The notes below the pieces were generated by a model. It did not search any database. It saw nothing but the letters and a program-made list of their open reading frames with translations, and was not told where the DNA came from. The position numbers and the translations under genes are program-made. Below, piece by piece: positions 10,181 to 18,385 of a stretch of DNA of 64,000 bases (the stretch's first letter is position 1; each line of letters begins with the position of its first letter). Source of the stretch: Chloroflexota bacterium (GTDB taxonomy: Bacteria > Chloroflexota > Dehalococcoidia > Lucifugimonadales > UBA2985); NCBI GenBank assembly GCA_027622595.1, contig JAQBZZ010000005.1, positions 82 to 64,081 of the forward strand, read 5' to 3'.

Positions 10181-10282
10181 GTCATTCCGAGGAACGTAGC
10201 GACGAGGAATCTAAAACCTTACTCTTTTAGGAAGGTGATGCGCCCTAGATTCCTCACTCCACTGCGCTGCGCTCGGAATGAC
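10181..10282. repeat. family-A palindromic MITE/REP-like element
   Basis: GTCATTCCGAGG..GCGACGAGGAATCT ... AGATTCCTCAC..GCTCGGAATGAC inverted arms. Related copies at 42367, 42731, 60758 and 13946. Confidence 0.8.
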
Positions 10283-10293
10283 AAAGGTATTTC

Positions 10294-10330
10294 CAGCTCG
10301 TCCTGAGCCTGTCGAAGGACATGAGCGGGG
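10294..10330. repeat. family-B repeat unit (GAGCCTGTCGAA core)
   Basis: Shares the 12-mer GAGCCTGTCGAA with units at 11438, 11578 and, in reverse complement, 15101. Confidence 0.6.
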
Positions 10331-10421
10331 ATAATTACTCCGCATTGACACCCCTATGGCCTTATCCTAAAATCCTAGCTACACTCAGCTTTGCAGCTTA
10401 TGCAGGCTGTTAGATAAAAAG

Positions 10422-13400
10422 ATGAAAAACTTGACCGGCGACGAGATAAGAGAGGCCTTTCTTCGCTTCTTTGAAAGCAAGGAACACCTGCGAATACCCA
10501 GTTCTTCGCTGATACCCGCAGCCGACCCCACGCTGTTGCTGACCAACGCGGGCATGGTGCAGTTCAAGCCATACTTCACCGGCGAGATGACTCCCACCGG
10601 CCCTCGCATGACCTCGGTGCAGAAATGCTTCCGTACCACGGATATCGACTCCGTTGGCGATGCCACCCACCTCACATTCTTCGAAATGCTCGGCAACTTC
10701 AGCGTCGGCGATTATTTCAAGCAGGAGGCCATCGCTTACGCATGGGAGTTCGTCACCGAGCATCTGAAACTCGAAAAAGAACGGTTGTGGGCGACGGTGT
10801 TCCTTGAGGACGATGAGGCCTTTCACATCTGGACGGCTACGGGTATACCTGCCGAACGCATTCGACGCTTTGGCGAGGCCGACAACTTCTGGGGGCCCGC
10901 CGGCAACGAAGGCCCCTGCGGCCCGTGCAGCGAGATACACTACGACTTCGGCGAGGGCCTCGGCTGCCAACAGCCCGACTGCGGCCCCAACTGCGAGAAT
11001 TTTGTAAATTTTGTAAATAACACTAGCCAGAAGTGCGACCGTTTCATGGAGCTGTGGAACCTGGTGTTCATGCAGTACTACCAGGCCCCGGACGGCTCCC
11101 GAACGCCTCTGCCCGCGCCCAATATCGACACCGGCATGGGCCTTGAACGGGCCGCCGTCATTCTCCAGGGCAAGCGCAGCATCTATGAGACGGATATTTT
11201 TGAGTCCCTTATAAAAAAGGTTGCTGACCTCTGCGGCAAAGAGTACGGCAAAGACCACGACACCGACTACGCCATCCGCGTTGTGGCCGAGCACGCACGC
11301 AGTGCCGCGTTCCTCATAAGCGACGGCGTGGTGCCGGGCAACGAGGGCCGTGACTACGTGCTGCGCCGTGTAATACGGCGTGCAATTCGTTATGGCAAGA
11401 AGCTGGGCCTGGAGGCCACCGTTAGTTCCGCTCATGGTGAGCCTGTCGAACCATACGAGCGGAATCAAGGTAACGCTCACGCCCTTCGACAAGCTCAGGG
11501 TGAGCGGGGAGAGGAACCCGCTCATGGTGATTTGTCCCATTCCGTTCGTGGCGTGCCACCCTCTTCCGCTCATGGTGAGCCTGTCGAACCACGAGCTGTG
11601 CTGCCCCAGGTGGCAGAGGTGGTGATAGAGCGCATGAAACCCCAGTACCCAGACCTTGAAGAACGCCGTGAGTTCATCTTACGGGTCATTGGATTGGAAG
11701 AGGAACGGTTTGGGGAAGTGTTTGAGCAAGGATATGGCATGGTTCTCGGAATGATTGCGCAACGTACTTCAAATCAACGTGCTGCTGAGGAATTCCAGTT
11801 ACAAGTGGGGATTGCAGCAGGATTTAGAGCAAGTAATAGAGACAGGATCGTAAATGCGATGGCGCCTATCTTCATGATTGTCCATTCGGAAGATGCGGCA
11901 TTTCAAGAGGGAGCCAGGTGGGCAAGTGGCGCGTTTCAGGATGCCTTTGCAGACGGACTTGACTCTTTAGAGTCCGGTGATGTAGGCCCGCTCCAATTTT
12001 TGGCAGCTCATTGGCCGCGACAAATCACTGGATCCGAGATGTTCGCTCTCTACGACACCTACGGGTTCCCGTCAGAGTTGACCCAGGAAATAGCTCGTGA
12101 GAATTATCTGGAAGTGGACATGGAAGGCTTCGAGAGGGAGATGGAAGCCCAACGCTCCCAGTCGCGAAGCGAGGGCAAAAAGTTCGGCGGTGACTTCGAT
12201 CAGATACGGGTCTATCAGGAACTGGGCGTCGGCTCAACCACGTTCCTCGGCTATGAGGCCCTCAGCGCAACGTCTGTAGTCGTCGGGTTACTCGCGGAGG
12301 GTCAGCCCGTGAACCGGGCCGCCGAGGGCGAAAAAGTAGAGGTGATTCTAAAAGAGACACCATTCTACGCCGAGATGGGCGGTCAGATGGGAGACGCGGG
12401 TGAGATAGTGGGGCAGGGAAGCACCCTGCGCGTTGAGGACACTCAGGCCCCCATTGCAGGACTCACCGTACACCGCTGCACCGTCGTAAACGGCAGCATA
12501 TCCATTGGCGATACGGTGGAGGCCGCGGTGGATGTGCAGCGTCGGCAGGACACGGCCCGCAACCACACTGCCACCCACATGCTCCACGCCGCATTGCGAC
12601 AGGTCCTCGGCTCACACGTTCGACAGCACGGCTCGCTGGTGACTCCCGACCGCCTTCGCTTCGACTTCACCCACGTCAGCCCATTATCCCAGGAAGAGCT
12701 GCGACAGGTGCAACGCCTCACCAACGAGAAGATACGGGAGAACATAACCGTGAGCTCCCGTGAGACCACGTACCGTCAGGCCGTCTCCCAGGGCGCGCTG
12801 GCTTTCTTCGGCGACAGGTACGGCGACCAGGTCCGTATTGTGGAGGTAGCCAACGGCGCCCCGTTCAGCCTTGAGGTGTGCGGCGGCACTCACGTCCACC
12901 GCACGGGCGACATCGGCTACTGCCACGTCGTGTCCGAGAGCAGCATCGGCTCGGGGCTCCGTCGTATCGAGGCCGTGACCGGCCGCGCCGCCGAAGCTCT
13001 TTTGTCACAGCACGCCGCATCCATAGAAGAAGCGGCCCATCGCCTACAGGTACCACCTGACGAACTGGTATCCAGCATCGACGCCAAGCTGGCTGAGATA
13101 GACCAGATTACAAAATGGGCCGAGACCCTGGAACGGGAACTGCTCAAACGGCAGGTGTCGGAGTTGGCCCGTACTGAGGTGTCCGGCGTAAGCGTCGTCT
13201 CCGGCGAGTTGAAGGTCTCCAATACAGAATTACTGCGTGAGGCCGGCGACTGGCTGAAGAACGAAATGAAAAGCGGCGTGGTTGTCCTAGGCACCGTTAT
13301 GGAAGGCCGGCCCTCAATGATGATCATGGCCACCGGAGACATCGTTGACCGGGGATTCCACGCCGGCAACGCGGTGAAGGAGGCGGCCAAGGCTATGGGT

Positions 13401-13517
13401 GGGGGCGGTGGTGGTCGTCCTGAGATGGCGCAGGCCGGAGGCCGTGAGCCGGGCAAGCTGAAGGATGCGCTGAGCGCGGCTGAGGAGGAGGTGAGGCGGT
13501 GGAGGGAGAAACTTTAA
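10422..13517 (+). CDS. alaS: alanine--tRNA ligase with two in-frame insertions
   Basis: 1031 aa. FFEMLGNFSVGDYF, editing-site HTATHMLHAAL and CGGTH, C-terminal GGGGGRPEMAQAGG. About 150 aa longer than E. coli AlaRS as I recall it. Confidence 0.95.
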   Translation: MKNLTGDEIREAFLRFFESKEHLRIPSSSLIPAADPTLLLTNAGMVQFKPYFTGEMTPTGPRMTSVQKCFRTTDIDSVGDATHLTFFEMLGNFSVGDYFKQEAIAYAWEFVTEHLKLEKERLWATVFLEDDEAFHIWTATGIPAERIRRFGEADNFWGPAGNEGPCGPCSEIHYDFGEGLGCQQPDCGPNCENFVNFVNNTSQKCDRFMELWNLVFMQYYQAPDGSRTPLPAPNIDTGMGLERAAVILQGKRSIYETDIFESLIKKVADLCGKEYGKDHDTDYAIRVVAEHARSAAFLISDGVVPGNEGRDYVLRRVIRRAIRYGKKLGLEATVSSAHGEPVEPYERNQGNAHALRQAQGERGEEPAHGDLSHSVRGVPPSSAHGEPVEPRAVLPQVAEVVIERMKPQYPDLEERREFILRVIGLEEERFGEVFEQGYGMVLGMIAQRTSNQRAAEEFQLQVGIAAGFRASNRDRIVNAMAPIFMIVHSEDAAFQEGARWASGAFQDAFADGLDSLESGDVGPLQFLAAHWPRQITGSEMFALYDTYGFPSELTQEIARENYLEVDMEGFEREMEAQRSQSRSEGKKFGGDFDQIRVYQELGVGSTTFLGYEALSATSVVVGLLAEGQPVNRAAEGEKVEVILKETPFYAEMGGQMGDAGEIVGQGSTLRVEDTQAPIAGLTVHRCTVVNGSISIGDTVEAAVDVQRRQDTARNHTATHMLHAALRQVLGSHVRQHGSLVTPDRLRFDFTHVSPLSQEELRQVQRLTNEKIRENITVSSRETTYRQAVSQGALAFFGDRYGDQVRIVEVANGAPFSLEVCGGTHVHRTGDIGYCHVVSESSIGSGLRRIEAVTGRAAEALLSQHAASIEEAAHRLQVPPDELVSSIDAKLAEIDQITKWAETLERELLKRQVSELARTEVSGVSVVSGELKVSNTELLREAGDWLKNEMKSGVVVLGTVMEGRPSMMIMATGDIVDRGFHAGNAVKEAAKAMGGGGGGRPEMAQAGGREPGKLKDALSAAEEEVRRWREKL
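11421..11597. repeat. family-B composite repeat element embedded in frame in alaS
   Basis: The 28-nt unit TTCCGCTCATGGTGAGCCTGTCGAACCA is perfect at 11426 and 11564, 138 nt apart. Two inverted units lie between them. Each unit holds a GCTCAnnnTGAGC mini-hairpin. Confidence 0.75.
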
Positions 13518-13933
13518 AAAAAGTCCTGGGGCTGGACGTTGGTGAGAGCCGTATCGGCGTAGCCATCGCCGACGGTACGGGTATCATCGTCAGCCCTCTG
13601 CCTGCCATCAAACGCAGCAGCCTCGAAGAGGACTTCAAGGCTGTAGCGCGTCTAACAGAAGACCACGAGGTTAGGGCTGTCGTGGTGGGACTGCCCATAT
13701 CCCTCAACGGCAGGTTGGAGCGTCAGGCCCGCCTGATACGACGGTTCATCCTGGCCCTCTCCAAAGAGTCGTCGGTCCCCGTGTACTCTCAGGACGAGCG
13801 GTTCTCCACAGCGGAGGCCGAGCGTCTTCTTCATGAAGCAGGGCATCAGCCTTCGCGTGAAAAAGGTCTGCGGGATTCGGCATCGGCCGCGGTGATATTA
13901 CGGGCCTACCTGGACTCTGAACGCAACAGATAG
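13499..13933 (+). CDS. ruvX: YqgF/RuvX putative pre-16S rRNA nuclease / Holliday junction resolvase-like
   Basis: 144 aa. LGLDVGESRIGVAIAD motif. Start overlaps the alaS stop by 19 nt. Confidence 0.85.
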   Translation: MEGETLKKVLGLDVGESRIGVAIADGTGIIVSPLPAIKRSSLEEDFKAVARLTEDHEVRAVVVGLPISLNGRLERQARLIRRFILALSKESSVPVYSQDERFSTAEAERLLHEAGHQPSREKGLRDSASAAVILRAYLDSERNR

Positions 13934-13945
13934 CGTCCTTCGATT

Positions 13946-14087
13946 GTCACCCTGAGCAGAGCGAAGGGTCTGGCAGGGTTGGGGGCTCATCCCTGTAGCA
14001 CATAGTTGGAGGAGCTCCACCGCCAGGTTGCCACGCCCCGATTTCATTGGGGCTCGCTATGACATTGATAGCGACCCTCAGGGACAT
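13946..14087. repeat. diverged family-A-like palindromic element
   Basis: GTCACCCTGAGCAGAGCGAAGGGTCT at the 5' end. Inverted GCGACCCTCAGGGAC / GGGGCTCGCTATGAC at the 3' end. Confidence 0.5.
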
Positions 14088-14170
14088 CACATTAGCCTTG
14101 CCCAGAATGTCCCTCGACTGCTATACTCATCTCGCCTTGATAGATATGACTTCCCGTGGGGCGTCCTACC

Positions 14171-15037
14171 ATGACTAAACGCATCTTCCTAATAGGCCAT
14201 CCCGTCGGCCACTCCGTCTCGCCCGCCTTCCAGCAGGCTGCACTGGATCACTACGCTAAGGATGTGCGATACGAGGCGATGGACGTGGATGCCCTCTCTC
14301 TGTCTCAGGCTGTGTCTAGCCTGCGCGACCCCGATGTGATGGGTGCCAACGTTACCGTGCCACACAAACAGGCGACGGTAACCCTCCTCGATGAACTGAC
14401 GAAAGAAGCTCGCCTCATCGGGGCCGTCAACACCATCGAGAACCGCGACGGAGTCCTGATCGGTCACAACACCGACGCCAAGGGTTTTCTGAAAGCCCTG
14501 AAAGAGGAGGCAGGTTTCGATCCCCAAGGCAAAACGGCCCTTGTTCTGGGGGCCGGAGGGGCTGCGAGGGCAGTTGTCGTGGCGCTGGCAGGCGCAGGGG
14601 CGAAGTCTCTTGTCGTCGCCAACCGCACTCTGGAGCGGGCCGTAGCATTGATCGACAGCCTGCGCTCGAAGTTACCATCTGCCGAGGCCGTAGCCTTGCA
14701 CCCGGACTCACTTCGACCGGTGGCCGCTAGTAGCCAGCTCATCGTCAACTGCACGTCTATGGGCATGAGCGGTGGAGAGGGCCAGGGGGAGACCCCTATG
14801 ACGGCCGACCTCATACCTTCGGAGGCCCTGGTCTGCGACCTGGTCTACAATCCAAGGGAGACTCCGCTTATGAGCGAGGCCGCAAAAGCCGGAGCGCGTG
14901 TACTTGGTGGCCTGCCGATGCTTGTGTATCAGGGGGCTGCCGCCTTTGAGCTATGGACCGGCAAAGAGGCCCCAGTCAAGGTGATGTTCGAGGCTGCCGA
15001 AAAGGCCCTTATGGCCAGACAGCCTGTGGGGAGTTGA
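14171..15037 (+). CDS. aroE: shikimate dehydrogenase
   Basis: SPAFQQAAL, GANVTVPHK and the GAGGAARA Rossmann motif. ATG 14171 preferred over GTG 14156. Confidence 0.9.
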   Translation: MTKRIFLIGHPVGHSVSPAFQQAALDHYAKDVRYEAMDVDALSLSQAVSSLRDPDVMGANVTVPHKQATVTLLDELTKEARLIGAVNTIENRDGVLIGHNTDAKGFLKALKEEAGFDPQGKTALVLGAGGAARAVVVALAGAGAKSLVVANRTLERAVALIDSLRSKLPSAEAVALHPDSLRPVAASSQLIVNCTSMGMSGGEGQGETPMTADLIPSEALVCDLVYNPRETPLMSEAAKAGARVLGGLPMLVYQGAAAFELWTGKEAPVKVMFEAAEKALMARQPVGS

Positions 15038-15087
15038 TGGAGTCGGTTGTTGGCTAGTACCCGGTTGTAAGAAAGGATACCACGGTT

Positions 15088-15172
15088 CTTCGCTCGTATG
15101 GTTCGACAGGCTCACCACGAGCGGAGCGTGTTGATGTTCCGCTCACCATGAGCTTTGTCAGAGGGAGTGAAC
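15088..15172. repeat. family-B repeat pair (inverted units)
   Basis: GGTTCGACAGGCTCACCACGAGCGG followed by CCGCTCACCATGAGCTTTGTCAGAGGG, in the aroE-aroC spacer. Confidence 0.7.
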
Positions 15173-15217
15173 GGAAACAAGGAAATACTTACACAAGAAT
15201 TTGCGAGGAGTTAGTCT

Positions 15218-16468
15218 ATGCTACGCTTTCTAACCGCGGGGGAGTCCCACGGCAAAAACCTCACCGTCATTGTGGAGGGGATTCCCGCGAATCTCCCCAT
15301 CACGGAAGAGTTCATAGAGCGGCACATGGCCCGTCGGCAGGTTGGCTACGGTCGTGGGGGTCGTATGCAGATCGAGAAGGACCGCGCCGAGATACTCGCC
15401 GGCGTCCGACACGGGCTTACGATTGGTTCGCCCATATCTATGCTCGTCGTGAACAGGGACTTCACCACTGGCAAAGGCCCTGACGGCGTGCCCTGGATGG
15501 ATGAGATGAGCGTTGCCCCCTCCGATGTCCCCTTTGAGACCATAACCAGCATACGGCCGGGACATGCCGACACCCCGGGAATCGCCAAGTACATGCAGGA
15601 CGACGCCCGCAACATCCTGGAGCGTTCCAGCGCGCGGGAGAGCGCGGCCAGGGTCGCCGCGGGGGCACTGGCGCAACGGTTCCTTGAGGAGTTCGGCATT
15701 GAGGTGCACGGCCACGTGCTGTGTATCGGAGGCGTACACGCAAAGCCATCGGACAGCGTGGACTGGAACGCGCTGGAGGAATCGCCCTACCATCGTGAGA
15801 ACACCGAAGGCTCCAAGATGGCCGCGGTCCGCTGTGCCGACCCCGAGGCCGCCGAGCGGATGATCGTTGAAATAGACGCCGCGCGGGAGGCGGGCGACAG
15901 CGTGGGCGGCATAATAGAGATCGTTGCCACAGGAGCGCCCATCGGCCTTGGCAGCCATATCCAGTGGGACCGCAAGCTGACCAGTAAGCTGGCGGCTGCG
16001 GTGATGAGTATAAACGCGGTCAAGGGAGTGGAGTTCGGAGCGGGGTTTGCTCAGGCGGACATGCGGGGTTCTCAGGTGCACGATGTCGTCAAGCCATTGG
16101 ATGAGTGGGAGCGGGCCGCGGATGAAAGAATTGTGCGTCCCTGGCCCAGACGTAGCAACAACTCGGGCGGCCTTGAAGGCGGCATGACCACCGGCGAGCC
16201 TCTGGTTGTGAGGGCCATTGTGAAGCCTATTGCGACCATAATGAACGGGTTGGAGACCGTTGACCTGGCCACCGGCGGGTTCGTAGAGCGCGCCCACTTC
16301 GAGCGCAGCGACATCACATTTGTACCAACCTGCGCCGTCATCGGCGAGGCCATGGTCGCCCTGACGCTCGCGGACGCCATGCTTGAGAAGTTCGGCGGCG
16401 ACCACATTGAGGAGACCAAGCGCAACTGGCGCTCCTACATGGCTACCACATTGCCGCGAGGCCTGTAG
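15218..16468 (+). CDS. aroC: chorismate synthase
   Basis: 416 aa. FLTAGESHG, RPGHAD, SARESAARVAAGA, MSINAVKGVEFG. GAGGAG SD. Confidence 0.92.
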   Translation: MLRFLTAGESHGKNLTVIVEGIPANLPITEEFIERHMARRQVGYGRGGRMQIEKDRAEILAGVRHGLTIGSPISMLVVNRDFTTGKGPDGVPWMDEMSVAPSDVPFETITSIRPGHADTPGIAKYMQDDARNILERSSARESAARVAAGALAQRFLEEFGIEVHGHVLCIGGVHAKPSDSVDWNALEESPYHRENTEGSKMAAVRCADPEAAERMIVEIDAAREAGDSVGGIIEIVATGAPIGLGSHIQWDRKLTSKLAAAVMSINAVKGVEFGAGFAQADMRGSQVHDVVKPLDEWERAADERIVRPWPRRSNNSGGLEGGMTTGEPLVVRAIVKPIATIMNGLETVDLATGGFVERAHFERSDITFVPTCAVIGEAMVALTLADAMLEKFGGDHIEETKRNWRSYMATTLPRGL

Positions 16469-16490
16469 ACCTGTAGAGAGAACGTTTGGA

Positions 16491-16952
16491 CTAGTTGGCC
16501 TTCGCTCTTGGCACCAGTTCGTAGCGGATCTCCCAGTCAACGTTCTGATTGAGTACCTCCAGGAAGTGCTCCATCTCTCCCTTGCCCCATAGGACACCGT
16601 TGAACAGGCAGGGGTACAGGCACACTTGGGCGTCTTCATCCAGTCCACCCATGACAGCATCCCGCAGGTCGGCACCCTCCATCTCCGCCCTGTGAAGGTT
16701 GGCGTCCGTCAGAGTGGCGCCCTTGAATCGAGCGCCCCGCAGGTCGGCCCGTGAGAGGTTGGCCTTTGTGAGGTCGGCCCCCTCAAAGTTCACATTGCTA
16801 AGGTTGACACGCAAAAGGGGAGCGCCCCGCAGGTCGGCACCCGACAGGTCGGCTCCGGACATATCTATCTTGGCGTTGGCGTCCTGCTTCCTCAACTCAT
16901 CGAACTCTGCAACGCTGCTGCGCAGGGCGGCGAGATACTGTTCGTTTTCCAT
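16491..16952 (-). CDS. pentapeptide-repeat protein
   Basis: 153 aa. Run of A(D/N)LxG-type repeats (ADLSGADLRGAPLLRVNLSNVNFEGADLTKANLSRADLRGARFKGATL). Confidence 0.85.
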   Translation of the reverse strand: MENEQYLAALRSSVAEFDELRKQDANAKIDMSGADLSGADLRGAPLLRVNLSNVNFEGADLTKANLSRADLRGARFKGATLTDANLHRAEMEGADLRDAVMGGLDEDAQVCLYPCLFNGVLWGKGEMEHFLEVLNQNVDWEIRYELVPRAKAN

Positions 16953-17052
16953 AGGTGAATCCTCCTCTTAAGATGCAAGATGTGAGCATTTTATCATATT
17001 GCACAGGGGTCTTTTGGCCTGCGCGTCAAGGGGCCAGTATAATGGCTGTCTT

Positions 17053-17124
17053 TGTGGGTGCAGGGTGTACCCTGCTTATGGGTGCAGGTCGTGCCCTGCT
17101 TGTGGGTGCAGGATCTACCCTGCT
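17053..17124. repeat. tandem array, 3 x 24 bp, each unit an internal palindrome GCAGG-N6-CCTGC
   Basis: The three units are tgtgggtgcagggtgtaccctgct, tatgggtgcaggtcgtgccctgct and tgtgggtgcaggatctaccctgct, directly adjacent to each other. Confidence 0.85.
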
Positions 17125-17126
17125 GC

Positions 17127-17135
17127 TGATATAAT
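17127..17135 (+). promoter_or_regulatory. extended -10 (TGaTATAAT) upstream of proB
   Basis: TGATATAAT lies 37 nt before the proB ATG, inside the palindrome GCTGATataATCAGC. The -35 position falls in repeat unit 3. Confidence 0.4.
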
Positions 17136-17171
17136 CAGCCCTGAGCCGTAAAGGATTGCTAAAAAATAAAG

Positions 17172-18308
17172 ATGGCTAGTAACACATCAAAAATAGGCCG
17201 CTATCGGCGCATCGTGGTCAAGGCGGGAACAAACGTCCTCACCGGTGGCGGCGACAGCCTCGACCTTGGCCTGATGGCCCGTCTGGTCGAGCAGGTGGCC
17301 GACCTTCACCTGTGGGGCATCGAAGTGCTGCTGGTGAGTTCCGGGGCCATCGCTTCAGGTGCGCAGGTGCTGGATATCGGAGGGCAGAGGGAGGACATCC
17401 CCTCCCGGCAGGCCCTCGCTGCGGTGGGTCAGAGCCGCCTCATGCACACCTACGAGCAGCTTTTTGAGAAACACAGCATCACCGTCGCCCAGGCTTTGCT
17501 TTCCCGTGAAAACATCACGGACCGGGAGGGATACCTCAACGTGAGGAACACGCTGCTGGCCCTGCTGGACTGGAAGGTCATTCCAATCATCAATGAGAAC
17601 GACGTGGTGGCCGTGGAAGAGATAGGGGTTGAGGTCTTTGGCGACAACGACAACCTCTCGGCTATGGTGGCCAACCTTGTGGACGCCGACCTTCTCATCA
17701 TGCTCAGCGACATTGATGGGCTGCACACCGCCGACCCTCACGAGAACCCGGACGCGAAACTCATCCCAAATGTAGAGCGCGTGGACGAGGCCATCGAATC
17801 CCTGGCCGGGGCTAACCACAGCTCAAGGAGCCGGGGCGGCATGCAGGCCAAGCTGGAGGCCATAAAGCTGGCAACGGCCTCCGGCGTCGCGGTGGCGCTG
17901 GTCAATGGCAGGGAGAACCGGGTTGTGCCACGCCTGACGGAAGGCGAATCTGTCGGCACCTTCTTTGCTCCAACCGGCAGCAAGGTGCAGAGCCGCAAGC
18001 GGTGGATGCTCAGTGGCCTGTCTACGCGGGGGCGCATAGTGGTTGATGACGGGGCTGCCGATGCCCTTCGCAGGAACCACGGCAGCCTGCTCCCCGCGGG
18101 GATAAAAGAGGTCGACGGACACTTCAAGCGGGGCGACATCATCCTGGTGGTTGGTTCGAGTGGAGAGCGTGTTGCATGCGGCATCGCCAGCTACGGCTCG
18201 GAGGACGTTGTCGCCATCAAGGGGCTGCGCTCCGACAGGATACGGGACGCCCTTGGCTACCAGTACGGCGAAGAGGTGCTCCACCGCAATAATATGGTAT
18301 TGTTGTAG
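17172..18308 (+). CDS. proB: glutamate 5-kinase with PUA domain
   Basis: 378 aa. RIVVKAGTNVLTG, amino-acid kinase fold, C-terminal PUA (GRIVVDDGAADAL). Confidence 0.93.
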   Translation: MASNTSKIGRYRRIVVKAGTNVLTGGGDSLDLGLMARLVEQVADLHLWGIEVLLVSSGAIASGAQVLDIGGQREDIPSRQALAAVGQSRLMHTYEQLFEKHSITVAQALLSRENITDREGYLNVRNTLLALLDWKVIPIINENDVVAVEEIGVEVFGDNDNLSAMVANLVDADLLIMLSDIDGLHTADPHENPDAKLIPNVERVDEAIESLAGANHSSRSRGGMQAKLEAIKLATASGVAVALVNGRENRVVPRLTEGESVGTFFAPTGSKVQSRKRWMLSGLSTRGRIVVDDGAADALRRNHGSLLPAGIKEVDGHFKRGDIILVVGSSGERVACGIASYGSEDVVAIKGLRSDRIRDALGYQYGEEVLHRNNMVLL

Positions 18309-18316
18309 ATGCGATT

Positions 18317-18385
18317 ATGGATACTAATACCCTCTACTACGGTGACAACCTGCGGATTCTGCGGGACTGCATCTCCAACGAGTGA
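18317..18385 (+). pseudogene. 22-codon stub resembling the N-terminus of an N6/N4 DNA methyltransferase
   Basis: Reads MDTNTLYYGDNLRILRDCISNE-stop. The LYYGDNLxxLR...I.DES(VDL..DPPF) N-termini are recalled from adenine methylases. The stub stops just before the expected DPPF motif. Confidence 0.35.

Noticed and set aside
10410-11573. 387-aa minus-strand ORF opposite the 5' part of alaS
   Set aside because: It is antisense to a gene with unmistakable AlaRS motifs. Its product is low-complexity and includes repeat-derived strings (SLSKG, FDRLTMSG). This is a typical shadow ORF in GC-rich DNA.
11421-12020. Intein in alaS
   Set aside because: Neither insertion starts with Cys/Ser/Thr after the junction or ends with His-Asn followed by Cys/Ser/Thr. 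There are no homing-endonuclease blocks, and the sizes (about 58 and 87 aa) are below mini-intein size.
15230-16675. 481-aa minus-strand ORF covering aroC
   Set aside because: It is antisense to a chorismate synthase with all signature motifs. The product is Arg/Gly/His-rich with no domain pattern, so it is a shadow ORF. The same reasoning applies to 24985..25881 (opposite plsX), 20585..21340 (opposite proA) and 38172..38939 (opposite MFS).
17053-17124. CRISPR array
   Set aside because: There are only three 24-bp units, directly abutting with no spacers, and no cas genes in the window.
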